Of a stretch of 64,000 bases of DNA, positions 44,469 through 56,274 are shown piece by piece. This DNA comes from Williopsis jadinii (lineage: Eukaryota), in contig AP024665.1 in assembly GCA_024346625.1 (NCBI GenBank), positions 2,046,001 to 2,110,000 on the forward strand. Direction: 5' to 3'. The notes below the pieces were generated by a model. The model made no database searches and was not told where the DNA came from. It worked only from the letters and a program-made list of their open reading frames with translations. Both the position numbers and the translations under genes were made by a program. Within the stretch, counting starts at the first letter, position 1. Every line of letters starts with the position of its first letter.

Positions 44469-47400
44469 ATGGGGGAATCACAAGGGCATGGCCTTGTGAA
44501 CGGTGAGGATGTTCAATTTGAGTATAAAGAGACGCACACGTCGCATTCTAACGGCGGCGGCTCAACCTCTGGCAAGGCCAAGGGTAAGAACAAGAAGAAG
44601 AAGGGCACTAAACAGGGCAAAGTGCATGTCACTGATGTTCAGCTGGAGAATCCCGATGAGGATTATCCAGAGTCGAGGGTGTTGAAACAGGACGTTGATG
44701 GGTCTTTGCTGATTCAGAAGATGGAGCCTGTGAAGACAAAGAAGAAGCAGAATAAGATTGACACCCCTGCACAAAATGACGATTTGCTCCCCACAGACCC
44801 AGAAGAACTCAATCGACAGTTGAGTGAATACTGGAACCAGTTGACTGTTGATGAGAAGAAGGAGCTGCTCAATAAGGAGCGTGAGGCGGTGTTCAAGATT
44901 ATGAGAGATAAACAGAAGATCACCTGTGATTGTACGGTATGTGGACGGAAAAGATCTATCATAGAACAAGAGCTGAAGAAATTGTACGATACGTATTACC
45001 AAGGAATTGAAAACAACGAAATGATGTTGTCCGAGCTCTTCAACTTTTCTGAAGAGTCACCATTGGCACAGAGGGAAGTTTCTTCTGAACACTCTTCATC
45101 TTCACACAGCTATAACCAAATGCAACAACAAGAACAGCTGCAACAGCAACAGACATTACAGCAACCGCAACGACAGCAATCTCCTTCTAAACAGGACTCT
45201 TCAAATACAGCTAAGAAGGGGATTATGACAATAGCTGAGGATCTCCTGCAGAATGACGGCAAGAAATTTTTGGAAATGATGGAGAGAATTGCAGAGACTC
45301 AGATTAAAAGACACACTGAACTTCTAAGAAATACCCAAAAGGAAGAAGAAGACGAGGAAGAATACTATAGTGATGATAACGTCAATGAAACATATCTGGA
45401 AGACTCTCAGCATTTTGGTCAAGCTCATGATATGTCGTTAAATTCATCCCTAAGACCATCGTCGTATAAAATTCCTCCACTGGAAGACATTGAACTCCCA
45501 GAAGATCCAGTTAGCTATTACTGGTCTAAATCTGACGAAGAGATGTACAACTCTGAAGATGATCCAGACTATGATCCAGATGAGGATCCCGACCTCGATG
45601 TGGAGATGGATGACGATGAAATGATGCCAGATGATTTCGGTTTGTCCATTTTGACGGAATTCCACAGAGAAATGTTGGATTTGCTGGAAGAACAACAGGA
45701 TATGCTTATCAGAGATGGTTTGCATTTGAAAAATAATGTACACGATCAAAAAATCCTGGAGATGCACATCGTCAAGCAAAAACTCTTACAAAGACAGTTG
45801 AAACAAGAACATGAAAAGCTCAAACAATTCAAGGATCAACAACAGAATGCCGCTATAGCGTTATCAAACCAACTGGCTCAACTACAAGAAGATGTCAAAG
45901 ATTTGGATTTCGACGATGAAGAGGACGATGATGACGAATACCTTGACGAAGATGAAGAGGATTCCGCTGAAGAAGATGAAGATGACGAAGAAGAGGACGA
46001 CGATGAAGAGGAAGATGACGACTTGGGAGAAAATGACCCTATAGATGAAGAACAACATTTAGCAGAAGGACGTGCAATGCTACAACTGTGTGCTACGAAA
46101 ATGTTGAAACAGTCACTCTTACGTTCGTATAAAGATACGTTGATTAAAAAACGGGCTGACAACTTGTTGGAGGAGTTACTCGAGGATGAAGAACAACAAC
46201 GTCGTAAAGAGGAGAAAAAACACAGAGAAAGGGAGAGGAAGAAAGAGAAGAAGAAACTCTTGAAACAACAAAAAGAGGAAGAAAGATTGAAAAAGTTAGC
46301 CGAGGAGGAAAGAATCGCGAGAGAGAAAAGAGAAGAGATGATTCGCAAGACCGAAGAAGGTCGTAGGCGGAAACAGGAAGAAGAACGTAAAAAACGAGAG
46401 GAGCAACGTCGTAAAGAGGAGGAGTTGGAAAAACAACGCAAGGCCAAAGAGGAAAAGAAGCGTTTGAAGGAGGAGATGAAGAAGCGCGAGGAAGAGGAAA
46501 AGCTAAAAGAAGAGCAGAGGCTGAAAAAGGAGGAAGATGCCAAACGCAGGCAACAAGAAGTTGCATTGAATCGTGAATCAGAGATTGAAAGTCAACGAGT
46601 TGCACAGCTTGATGCTGAATTGTTGAAACATGAACAAGAAGCAAAGAGCATTGAGACGCTGAGATCGCGTGATGGATCATTAAAGGGTGAATCCATCAAC
46701 ATGAACATGGATATTCCATCGACAAGATCAAACTCCAATCTGTCAGCTACGGCTTCATCGATAGTAACATCTGATTTCCACCCACTGCCACCTATCTCTA
46801 ACACCTTGTTTGATTCTGTTGTTCAACAGACTCCATTCATGGCCTCACCAATGATGGAGAGTCCTCAACCGACCCAATATAATCCCTTAAAACATAACAT
46901 CTTTGGGTCACCATGGCAGAGACAAGGTTCGAATGTTCAACTTTCAACCCAATCCCTTGAGTCACCTTTACGTGGAATGTCCCAATCTCAGCAGGGCATG
47001 TCACATCAGCCACCTCAGGTTCAACCTCAACCTACTTCATCTCAACCAGACTTCAATACACTAGCTGGTGCCTTCAACAGCACAGCTATTGGTGGCTCAA
47101 CCAATGGTTTAAACAACTCCTTTATGCCGAAAGACACTCTATGGGGAAATAACGTTTCCAATACAAATTTAGCAACTGCAAATGCATGGTCCATACCTCC
47201 TACCAAGGAGAACGATTGGACAAGTACGCCATTGATGTCGCAAAATGGTATCTCGAATTCAGCTCTTCAACAAATCCCACAGATATCGCAGATTCAACAG
47301 GTGCAATCGATTCCCGAGATGTCGCCAATCCCGCAAGCACGCCATGCGTCACAAGTCCCTCAGGTTCAACACATTCCACAAATTTCACCATTGGGATTCC

Positions 47401-47915
47401 CAGCACAGCCTGCGCTTGGAACCAATGACACGTTTGGTTATCAGCAGCATTCACAGTTATCAGCACAATCCCAACCACAGAACGCATCTGATGACATTCA
47501 AAGAATGATCAGAGGCTGCTTACAATCCATCTACGCTGCCTATCAGGGCTTACCAAAGAGCCAAGATGGGTATGTGGGATTCGAGCAGTTGTTTGCCACT
47601 ACGAAGAAGATTTCTCCAACTGAGATGAACATTGAACTATTCAATGCGCTTTTCGAGGAGCCTTCTGATGAGTTTTCACTAGAAGCTCATTACTACGATG
47701 GCTCAAAGAGAATTCAATTCGCTCGTGTGGTTCCAAAGCGTTCCTTCTCCACACCAACGGCTACAAAGACGACAAACCCAATGGACCGTGGTGAACCACG
47801 CATGAATTCATTCAGCGACCTTTCAAACAGTGGATTCGGAGGCATTGGAGTCAGCAACGGCTTTGACAGAAGAAGCACGTCTTCAGCATCTGGTCAAGCT
47901 CATTCTATTTGGTGA
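44469..47915 (+). CDS. NST1: Stress response protein Nst1
   Basis: DYPESRVLK, CDCTVCGRKR..IEQEL..LY, IAEDLLQNDGKKFLEMMERI motifs; E/K coiled coil; upstream of RHO2 as in S. cerevisiae. Confidence 0.92.
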   Translation: MGESQGHGLVNGEDVQFEYKETHTSHSNGGGSTSGKAKGKNKKKKGTKQGKVHVTDVQLENPDEDYPESRVLKQDVDGSLLIQKMEPVKTKKKQNKIDTPAQNDDLLPTDPEELNRQLSEYWNQLTVDEKKELLNKEREAVFKIMRDKQKITCDCTVCGRKRSIIEQELKKLYDTYYQGIENNEMMLSELFNFSEESPLAQREVSSEHSSSSHSYNQMQQQEQLQQQQTLQQPQRQQSPSKQDSSNTAKKGIMTIAEDLLQNDGKKFLEMMERIAETQIKRHTELLRNTQKEEEDEEEYYSDDNVNETYLEDSQHFGQAHDMSLNSSLRPSSYKIPPLEDIELPEDPVSYYWSKSDEEMYNSEDDPDYDPDEDPDLDVEMDDDEMMPDDFGLSILTEFHREMLDLLEEQQDMLIRDGLHLKNNVHDQKILEMHIVKQKLLQRQLKQEHEKLKQFKDQQQNAAIALSNQLAQLQEDVKDLDFDDEEDDDDEYLDEDEEDSAEEDEDDEEEDDDEEEDDDLGENDPIDEEQHLAEGRAMLQLCATKMLKQSLLRSYKDTLIKKRADNLLEELLEDEEQQRRKEEKKHRERERKKEKKKLLKQQKEEERLKKLAEEERIAREKREEMIRKTEEGRRRKQEEERKKREEQRRKEEELEKQRKAKEEKKRLKEEMKKREEEEKLKEEQRLKKEEDAKRRQQEVALNRESEIESQRVAQLDAELLKHEQEAKSIETLRSRDGSLKGESINMNMDIPSTRSNSNLSATASSIVTSDFHPLPPISNTLFDSVVQQTPFMASPMMESPQPTQYNPLKHNIFGSPWQRQGSNVQLSTQSLESPLRGMSQSQQGMSHQPPQVQPQPTSSQPDFNTLAGAFNSTAIGGSTNGLNNSFMPKDTLWGNNVSNTNLATANAWSIPPTKENDWTSTPLMSQNGISNSALQQIPQISQIQQVQSIPEMSPIPQARHASQVPQVQHIPQISPLGFPAQPALGTNDTFGYQQHSQLSAQSQPQNASDDIQRMIRGCLQSIYAAYQGLPKSQDGYVGFEQLFATTKKISPTEMNIELFNALFEEPSDEFSLEAHYYDGSKRIQFARVVPKRSFSTPTATKTTNPMDRGEPRMNSFSDLSNSGFGGIGVSNGFDRRSTSSASGQAHSIW

Positions 47916-48435
47916 GGCAAGAGACACACTCCGTATAACGGCACCGTGTACTCTGACAGTGGTGTTCTCCACTCCTCCGCTTTTGTTTATATAGTTGATC
48001 AAGTTTGTAATTTACCATTTTCCTTTTACACACCCAGAGCAAACCGTTGATGTATCCATACAAAGTGGCTGCTCGCCTCTGATTGGCTGGAATAGCCCAC
48101 CTTGCTTGCAACCTCGGATATTTCCGCATTGGGTAATACAAAGAAAACCGGCTCAAAATTTCAGCCATAGAAATTTCAATGGAGCTGTTTGGTATTCACG
48201 GTGCTTTTGCTCTTCTGCCCATTCAAAGCTCGTTTTCCATTGCTGACTGAGCTGTTGCACTGTTATCACCATACACATACTGTGTGCTCTAGAACGGGTA
48301 GTTTTCCCCTTACTGCTTACATATAACTCCGATCATCCAGCAGATCGATTGTGCTGTCTCTGTGTGGCCTTGAGGATCGAGATCAACGGCGTGCTGTACC
48401 CTGGTTCACGATTGCAATAGACAAAGGTCTGAGAG

Positions 48436-49008
48436 ATGTCGTCTGTGAAGAGGAAATTGGTGATTGTCGGCGACGGAGCGTGTGGTAAGACGTCGCTGTT
48501 GTACGTCTTCACCCTTGGCGAGTTCCCTACGGAGTACCATCCCACTGTTTTTGAGAACTACGTGACAGACTGTAGGGTTGACGGTAAAGCTGTCCAGTTG
48601 GCGTTGTGGGACACAGCTGGGCAGGAGGAGTATGAAAGGTTGAGACCTCTGAGCTACTCCAAGGCCCATGTCATTCTCATCGCGTATGCGATTGATAGTC
48701 CTGATTCGCTGAACAATGCCAGAAGAAAGTGGAGCAACGAGGTGTCGAGATACTGTCCTGGAGCACCTGTGATCCTTGTTGGACTGAAGAAAGACCTGAG
48801 AAATAATAGTAATGAAAAGACCAACAGTCGGAAGTATGTTCAGAAGCAACAAGGTGAAGAAGTTGCAAGGATAATTGGGGCTAAGAAGTTCCTGGAATGC
48901 TCTGCTTTGACAGGTGAAGCAGTGGACGATGTCTTTGAAGCTGCAACCAGAACCAGTCTATTGGTGAGAGATGAGGATACCGGATCATCCTGCTGTGTCA
49001 TCTCGTGA
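48436..49008 (+). CDS. RHO2: Rho GTPase Rho2
   Basis: GDGACGKTSLLYVFTLGEFP, YHPTVFENY, DTAGQEEYERLRPLSY, C-terminal CCVIS. Confidence 0.96.
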   Translation: MSSVKRKLVIVGDGACGKTSLLYVFTLGEFPTEYHPTVFENYVTDCRVDGKAVQLALWDTAGQEEYERLRPLSYSKAHVILIAYAIDSPDSLNNARRKWSNEVSRYCPGAPVILVGLKKDLRNNSNEKTNSRKYVQKQQGEEVARIIGAKKFLECSALTGEAVDDVFEAATRTSLLVRDEDTGSSCCVIS

Positions 49009-49688
49009 GCATTCAACCACGGAAAGTCACTGTCCCTTCTCGTTCCCTCTGCAGAGCACGTTTCCATCTTGATATCCTTCTTCGTCCGAGCACATCTTCA
49101 CATACCTATTTCAGTTCAGTTCAGCAGCTTAATGTTTTTGTTTCCGCTTTCTTTTCCTCTTGCTTCCGTTGTTACTCACTCATGTGGCCTTCATTCTTGT
49201 TGTTCGTTTTGTTACTCGTTTCGTTTCACATCCTTTCCTTTATGATTTTTTCTTGTTCACCGTTATTTCATCTTATTCCTTTGTTCTGTTTGCTCAAGCT
49301 CTCTGTTTAATGACATTTGTCTCCAATTATTGATGATATCAATTGACTAACTAATTCTTGAATCCCTTCATGATCACATGGCCCTTTGGAAACGGGTAGC
49401 AAAGTGGGAGAGGGATTCATCTAAAGCCTACTCAATGTTCATATGCTCGCGGGGCTTGTAACAGTGCTCATCCGATGCACATATGAGCAGTCATGAGACC
49501 CATACAATCACTTTGGGTTGTGTCTATGCTCATGATAAAATAATTGCACTGAAAGGTACTTTCAACGTTTCTATAATTCATACACACACATCAAATAATA
49601 ATCATCTTGATCCAAGAATAATAGCACTGAATATGTATGACTGTTACTATATATCGAGGTATGCGTATATTACAGGTATTATTTATCA

Positions 49689-52600
49689 TCATTGTTCATA
49701 CTCCTTTGTGATGATCGAGCCAGCCTCAGAGGTTGAGCTCTCCAGGTTTTGAACAGTCTCGATTAAACCACGCTCTCCATGGCTGAGCCCGTACTGTGCT
49801 TGGATATTCAACTTCTTCCCAGCCCAACGTCTGACGATCTTGCCTCTTTGCTTCATCCCAAGTCTTGAGTAGGGGAAACAGTCCGGCTTCGTAAAGGCCA
49901 CAATGTCAAGAATCAAGAAATGGTTAGATAGCACCTTGTTGAATATCACTGGTATCAGCGATGAGAGGTATTTAGCCCTAATGGTGTCAACGACGGCAAT
50001 TACAAAACCATCTGCTTTGAAAACACAACACCCTCCAGTCTTAATTTCTGGATGCGAGCTCTCAATAGTCGATTCGACGTCCTCTGCAAAGTGCATCAAC
50101 CCCATAGATTCAAATGTACTTCCAATGGATCCCAGAACGAAAAGCGCTTGGAAGTCGATAGTACCAGATCGATCAGTCCTTGAGACGTTATGAAGGAACC
50201 CCAGATCTCCTGTTCTGATATATCTCAACGACTTGTCACCATTTTCAGTAGTTGCATTGAATTGGTACTTGTGGAAAGTATTATCGGAACCACTTATGTT
50301 CTGTAAAATCTTCTGACAATTTCCCTCAGAACACACCCATATCTCTCCATATTCACCAACTTTGCACAGTTTCTTAGTTTCAGGATTGACAATGGCGATC
50401 TGTGTACACACAGGAACAATCCCTGAATCCTGAACATGTATAGCATTAGGTACAATGGACTGGGAAACCAATGATACAAGACCTATCCTGAGCGAGTCAG
50501 GGTCCAAATAGAGATTGATTGCATCAAAGGACAAGTACGATCTCAATGCAATCATTGGATTGTAGTTGTGCGAATAAACGTGACTTATCGCAGACGACGT
50601 CAACTTTGTTGCACTAAATCTTGTCGCCACTTGCTTAATCAAGTTTACGTCAGGACGGCCATCCCAACCAACCATGATGTTCTTCATTTTATCCAGGGAG
50701 AAATCTTTAGTCTTAACCTTGCGGATAGCGTATTCTAACATCTGAGGAGTGACATAGATATCCTTCACTTTGAGCCTAGCCAAGGTTGTAAAGAAGGCAG
50801 ATGGGTTGGTAGCAAAATCCATTGGTGGGATAATATACGTCGCACACCCCAGATATACACCAATTAGTGCGCTTTGAATGAACCCCATACCAGTCGTGTG
50901 ACGCACACATGCCATTACTGGGTTTGTGCTTTCCAACTGACAAGTCTCCTTTATGATTTTGCACAGAGAAAGGATAGTGGAATGATTAATGCTGATACCT
51001 GTACGCGTATTATCATCAGACCAATTCAACAGCACCAGACATGTGGCTGATGCATCAAATTTCTTACCTTTAAATCTGTCAATGGCTTGTTGATATGTTG
51101 CGACGGTTGTCTTTGATGTGCATTTAACTGTGTTGCGAATCTTAATTGATTGGAAATCAATGTTTTCCTTCAACAGGTGAGAGAGAGGCTTGTTTCTTAT
51201 GAGTGCTTCAACCTCACCATTGATGAAAATGTTTTTAATCTTGTAATCCTTCAACACTCCGAAAAATGCAGGAATATCCTCACTGGATCTGTTTGGGTCT
51301 AAAGGATTCAATGGAACTGGGATCAACCCTAAGAGCCAGCACGCATATAAGGCAGCAACAAAGTCCTCGGACATGGTGAACATCAATCCAATAAATTCAC
51401 CCGTCTTGAATTTCCCTTTCTTGGATTTGTCCAAAATCATGGAGACAACACCGGCTACTTTGATGTCGAATTTCTTCCATGAAAGCATCTTAGAATTCTT
51501 GGTCACCCCGGAGAATGCCATTTCGTCAGATTGATTCCGAGCTCTCCACTTAAAGATCTCCCAGATAGAGTCGAAATCAGTGAGTGGCCTATTTGTTCTG
51601 TCATCAATTGAAGTGTCACGATAATCTAGACCAGAATACTGGTCTTCAGCGTCAAACAAAGACTCGTATCTCAACTGAGAAACAGGAGTAGACCAAATAC
51701 TGTCCAAGTAGTATTTTGATCTTGGAATCTCCGTAATTGATCTCCTAACGTTGTACTTGACATAGACAGATTTCAAAACACCCTCCAGGAAGTATCTCTT
51801 TACAAGCATGTTTGCGATTCCTGGAATACCACTCTTGATGGTTCGAGGGAGCGTATCAGGGGCAAGAATGAGAACACACACAGGTCTCACATTATGATAC
51901 CTCTCGAGTACATCAAAACTTTTTGAGGCAATGAGATCTAATTCTGGAATATCAACTTGACCGGATTCATTTGGTATTGCTGCTGGAGATTCAATAACAA
52001 GCACAGGAAGGTGTTCGTTGTTAATTAAGACATCAAAAGCGGATGAGTCTGTTATGCGCTTCTGTGGGATAGCCCTTGCAAGTGTGAATGCGAGATGCTC
52101 TGAATAGTGGTATCTGTATTGAGCGGTGTTTTCAGAGTTGTTTCCATCCTGTTTATCGACCCATGTAACTCTCTGACGTAGACGATCTTCGTAGAATCCA
52201 AGAACGTAGACTTTACCGTTCCACGTAAATCCTAGAAGACCCGTTCTCAAGAATTCTAAGTCCAATATACCTTCATGGTCTTGACAACGTGCATGGAATA
52301 TATCCCTAGTTTCCTTTGGAGTTCCCCAATAAGCACCAGGAAGCGATACAGAATCGATCCAAATCTCCCCCACTTCCATGACACCGGATAGAAAACATGT
52401 ATCTGGATTAACAATTGCCAATGTTGCATCAGGGATTGGGTAACCGAATGATCCAATTCTTAGGAAGTCTTGTGATTTACTATAACTATCAGCCACCGCT
52501 GGTGGTCTGTCTGATATAATTTTCACCGTGTTTGTTGTCAGCGACTTTTTGTCAATCAGAACTTCAGATAGTTGAGAGTCATTCATCGACATCAGTTGCT

Positions 52601-54083
52601 CACCGTCATCTGTAAATGCTGGTATGATATTTGTATTCAGTTTTTCCTCCTGACCAATCCAGTCTCTCATGGATATTACCATACCGCCAAACTCACTAAG
52701 TGTGAGTAATGGTGATACAACATTTTGCACATCCTTACAGCCCAGGGGCTTAAGCCAACGATTTGTCAAGATTTCATGGAATTCACCATCGACGATTGAC
52801 GTGTAAATCAACACCCATTTCAAGGAACTAAAGTTCACTTCCTTTTTGGAGAATTTCCTAGTGTACTGAGGAAATGATTGGTAGTTGTAAACCACTTGTT
52901 TCAGACTTAGGTAGTCGTTGAGAAGTACTGTAACTCCAAACTTGGTGATGATATGGGCATATAAACCGGCAACGTCCAATAATGAAGAAGGGGACCAGAT
53001 CATGAGGTTTCCAGTGAATACGTTCAAGAGAGTTCCCATAATTAAGCCAACAGATTTTCTCGCATCCAATATATTCAGCATCACATTCCTATGTCGTGTA
53101 AATGAAATATCGGATCTCTTGAAGGATTTCCCATTCAAATTTGGATTTGAGGAAAGTATGGCAGTCATCGAGTTCAACTGTTGCAACAGTGTCTTGTGGG
53201 AGATTGCCACACCGTTGAGTTCACCATCAGGTGACTTGACAAATTCAATATAGGCAAGATCTGGAACTTGTAATGTTGGTGGATCTTTGCGTTTGGTTTG
53301 ATGGTACGTTCCAAAATCGGTAGTCTTCCAAAATACCAATCCCTTGGGCCAGTTGAGCTTAGATTGGTCGTTAACCTTCTTGTCCAGGTATTTCATCACT
53401 GTTTCGGAGGTCAGACAAAGATGCGATTGGGTGATATTCATGATGTTGATCATTTCCTGTGTTTTCATATCAAGTGTGATGGGGACGGCGACAACACTCG
53501 CAAGGAAACACCCAAACAGTGCGATCGTGTACTCTACAACCTCGACATTCTGGTAGATCAGGCATACACGGTCGTTCTTGTAGAGACCAGACTTGTCTCT
53601 AATTTGCTGAGCAACCTTTTCAGCCTTCAGATAGAGCTTCTCCCAAGTGATCGTCACGGTCTCTTTGCCCTTCGAATCCACAATCACCATTGCCAGTTCT
53701 CGTTCATACGTCGTCCCTCGATGTCTCAGCATCGAGGCCAGCGTCTCAAAGTTCTCAGTGTTGGGGATCTCGTAGATCACCCGTGGGTCCAGCGGCATTT
53801 GAAGCTCCGTGGTCTCAGATGGCGGCAGGGACTCTGAACCTGATAGAACATTCTTACTGTCCGTCATCGAGGTCCTGGTTATCGAGCTGGCGCTGTACTC
53901 CCTGCGATGCGTAAACACCTCTGGTCTCGCCACAGCATCTCCCGCTGGCGCGCTTTGAAGCAGCGCGGCACGCTTCTTGATGTACCCTTTCTCCGTGAGG
54001 TAGCCTTCACCAAACTCATCGTGAAGCTCCTTCAGTTGGCTCACGATATCCGCCGGCAGCCCTGGCGGGATTGAAGAGTCCAT
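49689..54083 (-). CDS. CMR2: DIP2/Cmr2 (YOR093C-like) protein: DMAP-binding region plus tandem FAAL-like adenylate-forming domains
   Basis: EGYLTEKGYIKKRAALL N-terminal motif, DLAYIEF, two GEIW..RTG(L/D)LGF motifs. Start MDSSIPP at 54083. Confidence 0.88.
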   Translation of the reverse strand: MDSSIPPGLPADIVSQLKELHDEFGEGYLTEKGYIKKRAALLQSAPAGDAVARPEVFTHRREYSASSITRTSMTDSKNVLSGSESLPPSETTELQMPLDPRVIYEIPNTENFETLASMLRHRGTTYERELAMVIVDSKGKETVTITWEKLYLKAEKVAQQIRDKSGLYKNDRVCLIYQNVEVVEYTIALFGCFLASVVAVPITLDMKTQEMINIMNITQSHLCLTSETVMKYLDKKVNDQSKLNWPKGLVFWKTTDFGTYHQTKRKDPPTLQVPDLAYIEFVKSPDGELNGVAISHKTLLQQLNSMTAILSSNPNLNGKSFKRSDISFTRHRNVMLNILDARKSVGLIMGTLLNVFTGNLMIWSPSSLLDVAGLYAHIITKFGVTVLLNDYLSLKQVVYNYQSFPQYTRKFSKKEVNFSSLKWVLIYTSIVDGEFHEILTNRWLKPLGCKDVQNVVSPLLTLSEFGGMVISMRDWIGQEEKLNTNIIPAFTDDGEQLMSMNDSQLSEVLIDKKSLTTNTVKIISDRPPAVADSYSKSQDFLRIGSFGYPIPDATLAIVNPDTCFLSGVMEVGEIWIDSVSLPGAYWGTPKETRDIFHARCQDHEGILDLEFLRTGLLGFTWNGKVYVLGFYEDRLRQRVTWVDKQDGNNSENTAQYRYHYSEHLAFTLARAIPQKRITDSSAFDVLINNEHLPVLVIESPAAIPNESGQVDIPELDLIASKSFDVLERYHNVRPVCVLILAPDTLPRTIKSGIPGIANMLVKRYFLEGVLKSVYVKYNVRRSITEIPRSKYYLDSIWSTPVSQLRYESLFDAEDQYSGLDYRDTSIDDRTNRPLTDFDSIWEIFKWRARNQSDEMAFSGVTKNSKMLSWKKFDIKVAGVVSMILDKSKKGKFKTGEFIGLMFTMSEDFVAALYACWLLGLIPVPLNPLDPNRSSEDIPAFFGVLKDYKIKNIFINGEVEALIRNKPLSHLLKENIDFQSIKIRNTVKCTSKTTVATYQQAIDRFKGKKFDASATCLVLLNWSDDNTRTGISINHSTILSLCKIIKETCQLESTNPVMACVRHTTGMGFIQSALIGVYLGCATYIIPPMDFATNPSAFFTTLARLKVKDIYVTPQMLEYAIRKVKTKDFSLDKMKNIMVGWDGRPDVNLIKQVATRFSATKLTSSAISHVYSHNYNPMIALRSYLSFDAINLYLDPDSLRIGLVSLVSQSIVPNAIHVQDSGIVPVCTQIAIVNPETKKLCKVGEYGEIWVCSEGNCQKILQNISGSDNTFHKYQFNATTENGDKSLRYIRTGDLGFLHNVSRTDRSGTIDFQALFVLGSIGSTFESMGLMHFAEDVESTIESSHPEIKTGGCCVFKADGFVIAVVDTIRAKYLSSLIPVIFNKVLSNHFLILDIVAFTKPDCFPYSRLGMKQRGKIVRRWAGKKLNIQAQYGLSHGERGLIETVQNLESSTSEAGSIITKEYEQ

Positions 54084-54457
54084 CCTTACAAAACTCGTCC
54101 CGATCCTCTGGAGCTTACAGCGTAATTGCTTCTCTGTTTCGCACGAGCCGTCGATTCCCTTCACCGCGGTAGTAATTCGACCCGCTGAGCCTCCAGCCTT
54201 TGTTTACATTAAAAGTGTTGATGTTTCCGTCTCTGTGCTTGTGTCCAACATGCTGTACCAACCAAACCGTCACAGGCGGCGCGTGTGTTGTTGCCCACAC
54301 CCAGCAAACGATAACGCAATACGACTGCGGTCGCATGGATCAACGCACATGAGAGCAACTTTGGTATCTCGATGGTGGAATTTGGGGGATGCTTGAAAGT
54401 GTTGATCTTCCCATTGGCTTTGGCACAACGTTTGGAGACACTGTATAGTGAAGCGTG

Positions 54458-56116
54458 ATGTCCAGTGAAGATTACGGTGCTACAGGACAGGGCGGTTCGC
54501 ACCCCCTGAGCCAGTCACAGTCTTCAGCTCAAGATGATACTGTGCTGGCCAATGATACCGTGGAGAGTGAGGTGCCGCCTCGAAAGAAGGACTTCCGCCA
54601 CCGAAGAGTGGGCGCTGATGTTGAGAACCAGCCTCTGCTGACCCCGGACGATCCTGGTGTCAGTCCGCTGAATGTGAAGAACGTGAAGATTGCCAAGTTT
54701 GTGCTTAACGGGTTCACCATCTTGAGCACGCTGTGGCTTATCCTGTTGCTTCTCTCTGATTTTGTTAGCATTCCTGGGTTCAACAACAGAGGCCGGTCCT
54801 TCCTCGAGATCAACTTCATCTTGATCAGCTTCTTCTCAACGTGCTCCACTCTTCTGTTCTTTACCGTCCCGTCTGAGCTGGAGAGGGTACTGGGTTATGT
54901 CACTTCAGCATTCCTTGCCTTGATCCTCGTTGTTCTTTTAGTCGTTGAAAGAGGTGAAATGGGGCTCATTGGATTCTTTACTGGGCTCTGGGCCCTTATC
55001 ACCGTGGGCTCTACGAGTCTGTGTGAGTATCTGGTGGAGCTCGGTAAAGCTGAAGAGGAAATCAGGCTCACTGGCCGTGTTGAGACACGAAGAACACTGG
55101 GAGAGTGGCTCGTTGTGTTTGTGAGAAACACCCTCAAGACCATTTTCCTAGTTTACGTTACGCTCATCTCCCTGAATGTGCTCCTGCACTCGTTTGATGT
55201 GCTTCGTGTGAAGCCGTGGGGTGAACGAGTCTGGGTGGAGGACGACCAGTTCACTCTCCATGTTGCATGCTATGGTGACGTTACAAACACTACCAGCGCA
55301 GCCTCACAGCCAATTGTACTGTTGGAGAGCGGCCATGACTCTGTGGAGGAGTTCAGCGAATGGGTTGAAGAGCTTCACCAGCTAAACAAGGTTGAAAGAT
55401 ATTGTATCTACGATCGTCCTGGCTATGGTTTCTCAGATTCATCCCCGTCACCGGTTTCGCTATCCATAATATCTGATTTGCTGGCACAGGCTCTTGCAAA
55501 GTTGAAGATCCATGGCCCATTTGTTCTTGTTGGCCATGACATTGGTGGGCTGTACTCACAGGTGTTTGCGTCTAGAAACATTGCCCAAGTCGATTCGATC
55601 TTATTCGTCGATGCATGGCATGAGGATCTGTTGCTTCGTAATCCAAGTTCCCACGCAAAGAAAGACGAGCCATTGCCTAAGGAGATTAGTCCTATGGGTC
55701 CTTTTTCAGGTTTCAAACTCTGGGTGAAGGGCATCTTCAGCCCACTGGGATTCTCATTACAAGGCTCATGGATTATCAAGCATCGTGGATCAAAAGATCG
55801 TATTTACGGGAGAAACATGAGACACCAGGGGAAGTACCTACGTGCTAGGTTACAAGAGCAAATTGGAGCATCTATTCTTTCATACAATGAGGCTGTTTCT
55901 GCTAAACAGGCCTTGGTTGATATTCCTATAAGCGTTGTCAGCTCGGATAACATGATCAAGAGAAGTCTAAACTGGGGGAACTGGCAAAGACTGTTGACAA
56001 AGATAAGTTCCACAACGTATGAGTGGAAGATTGCCGATGGTGGTCATGAGATGTGGAAGACACCAAAGGGGAAGGAGCAACTTCAAGATGTTCTTCTAAG
56101 ACTTCTCGAGAGATAG
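54458..56116 (+). CDS. Multi-TM alpha/beta-hydrolase-fold protein, YNL115C-like
   Basis: LTPDDPGVSPLN, about 5 TM segments, CIYDRPGYGFSDSSPSP, VGHDIGG; next to DMA as YNL115C is to DMA2. Confidence 0.8.
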   Translation: MSSEDYGATGQGGSHPLSQSQSSAQDDTVLANDTVESEVPPRKKDFRHRRVGADVENQPLLTPDDPGVSPLNVKNVKIAKFVLNGFTILSTLWLILLLLSDFVSIPGFNNRGRSFLEINFILISFFSTCSTLLFFTVPSELERVLGYVTSAFLALILVVLLVVERGEMGLIGFFTGLWALITVGSTSLCEYLVELGKAEEEIRLTGRVETRRTLGEWLVVFVRNTLKTIFLVYVTLISLNVLLHSFDVLRVKPWGERVWVEDDQFTLHVACYGDVTNTTSAASQPIVLLESGHDSVEEFSEWVEELHQLNKVERYCIYDRPGYGFSDSSPSPVSLSIISDLLAQALAKLKIHGPFVLVGHDIGGLYSQVFASRNIAQVDSILFVDAWHEDLLLRNPSSHAKKDEPLPKEISPMGPFSGFKLWVKGIFSPLGFSLQGSWIIKHRGSKDRIYGRNMRHQGKYLRARLQEQIGASILSYNEAVSAKQALVDIPISVVSSDNMIKRSLNWGNWQRLLTKISSTTYEWKIADGGHEMWKTPKGKEQLQDVLLRLLER

Positions 56117-56274
56117 CTATCTGCTTTTTTTTTCTCTATTTCTTTGTTTGCTTCTTCATAAACCATGTATTACAAAATCATGAATACAAAAATCATTCTC
56201 AAGTAGATGATGTAAAAAGTCAGCGAATGACATCGACACTAACTCCAACTCATACGATTAAAGGGATCGTCTTA

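Noticed and set aside
56114..56183. TAG-CTA stop context suggesting readthrough
   Set aside because: The known efficient motif is TGA-CTA, and the extension ends ITKS, which is not a PTS1.
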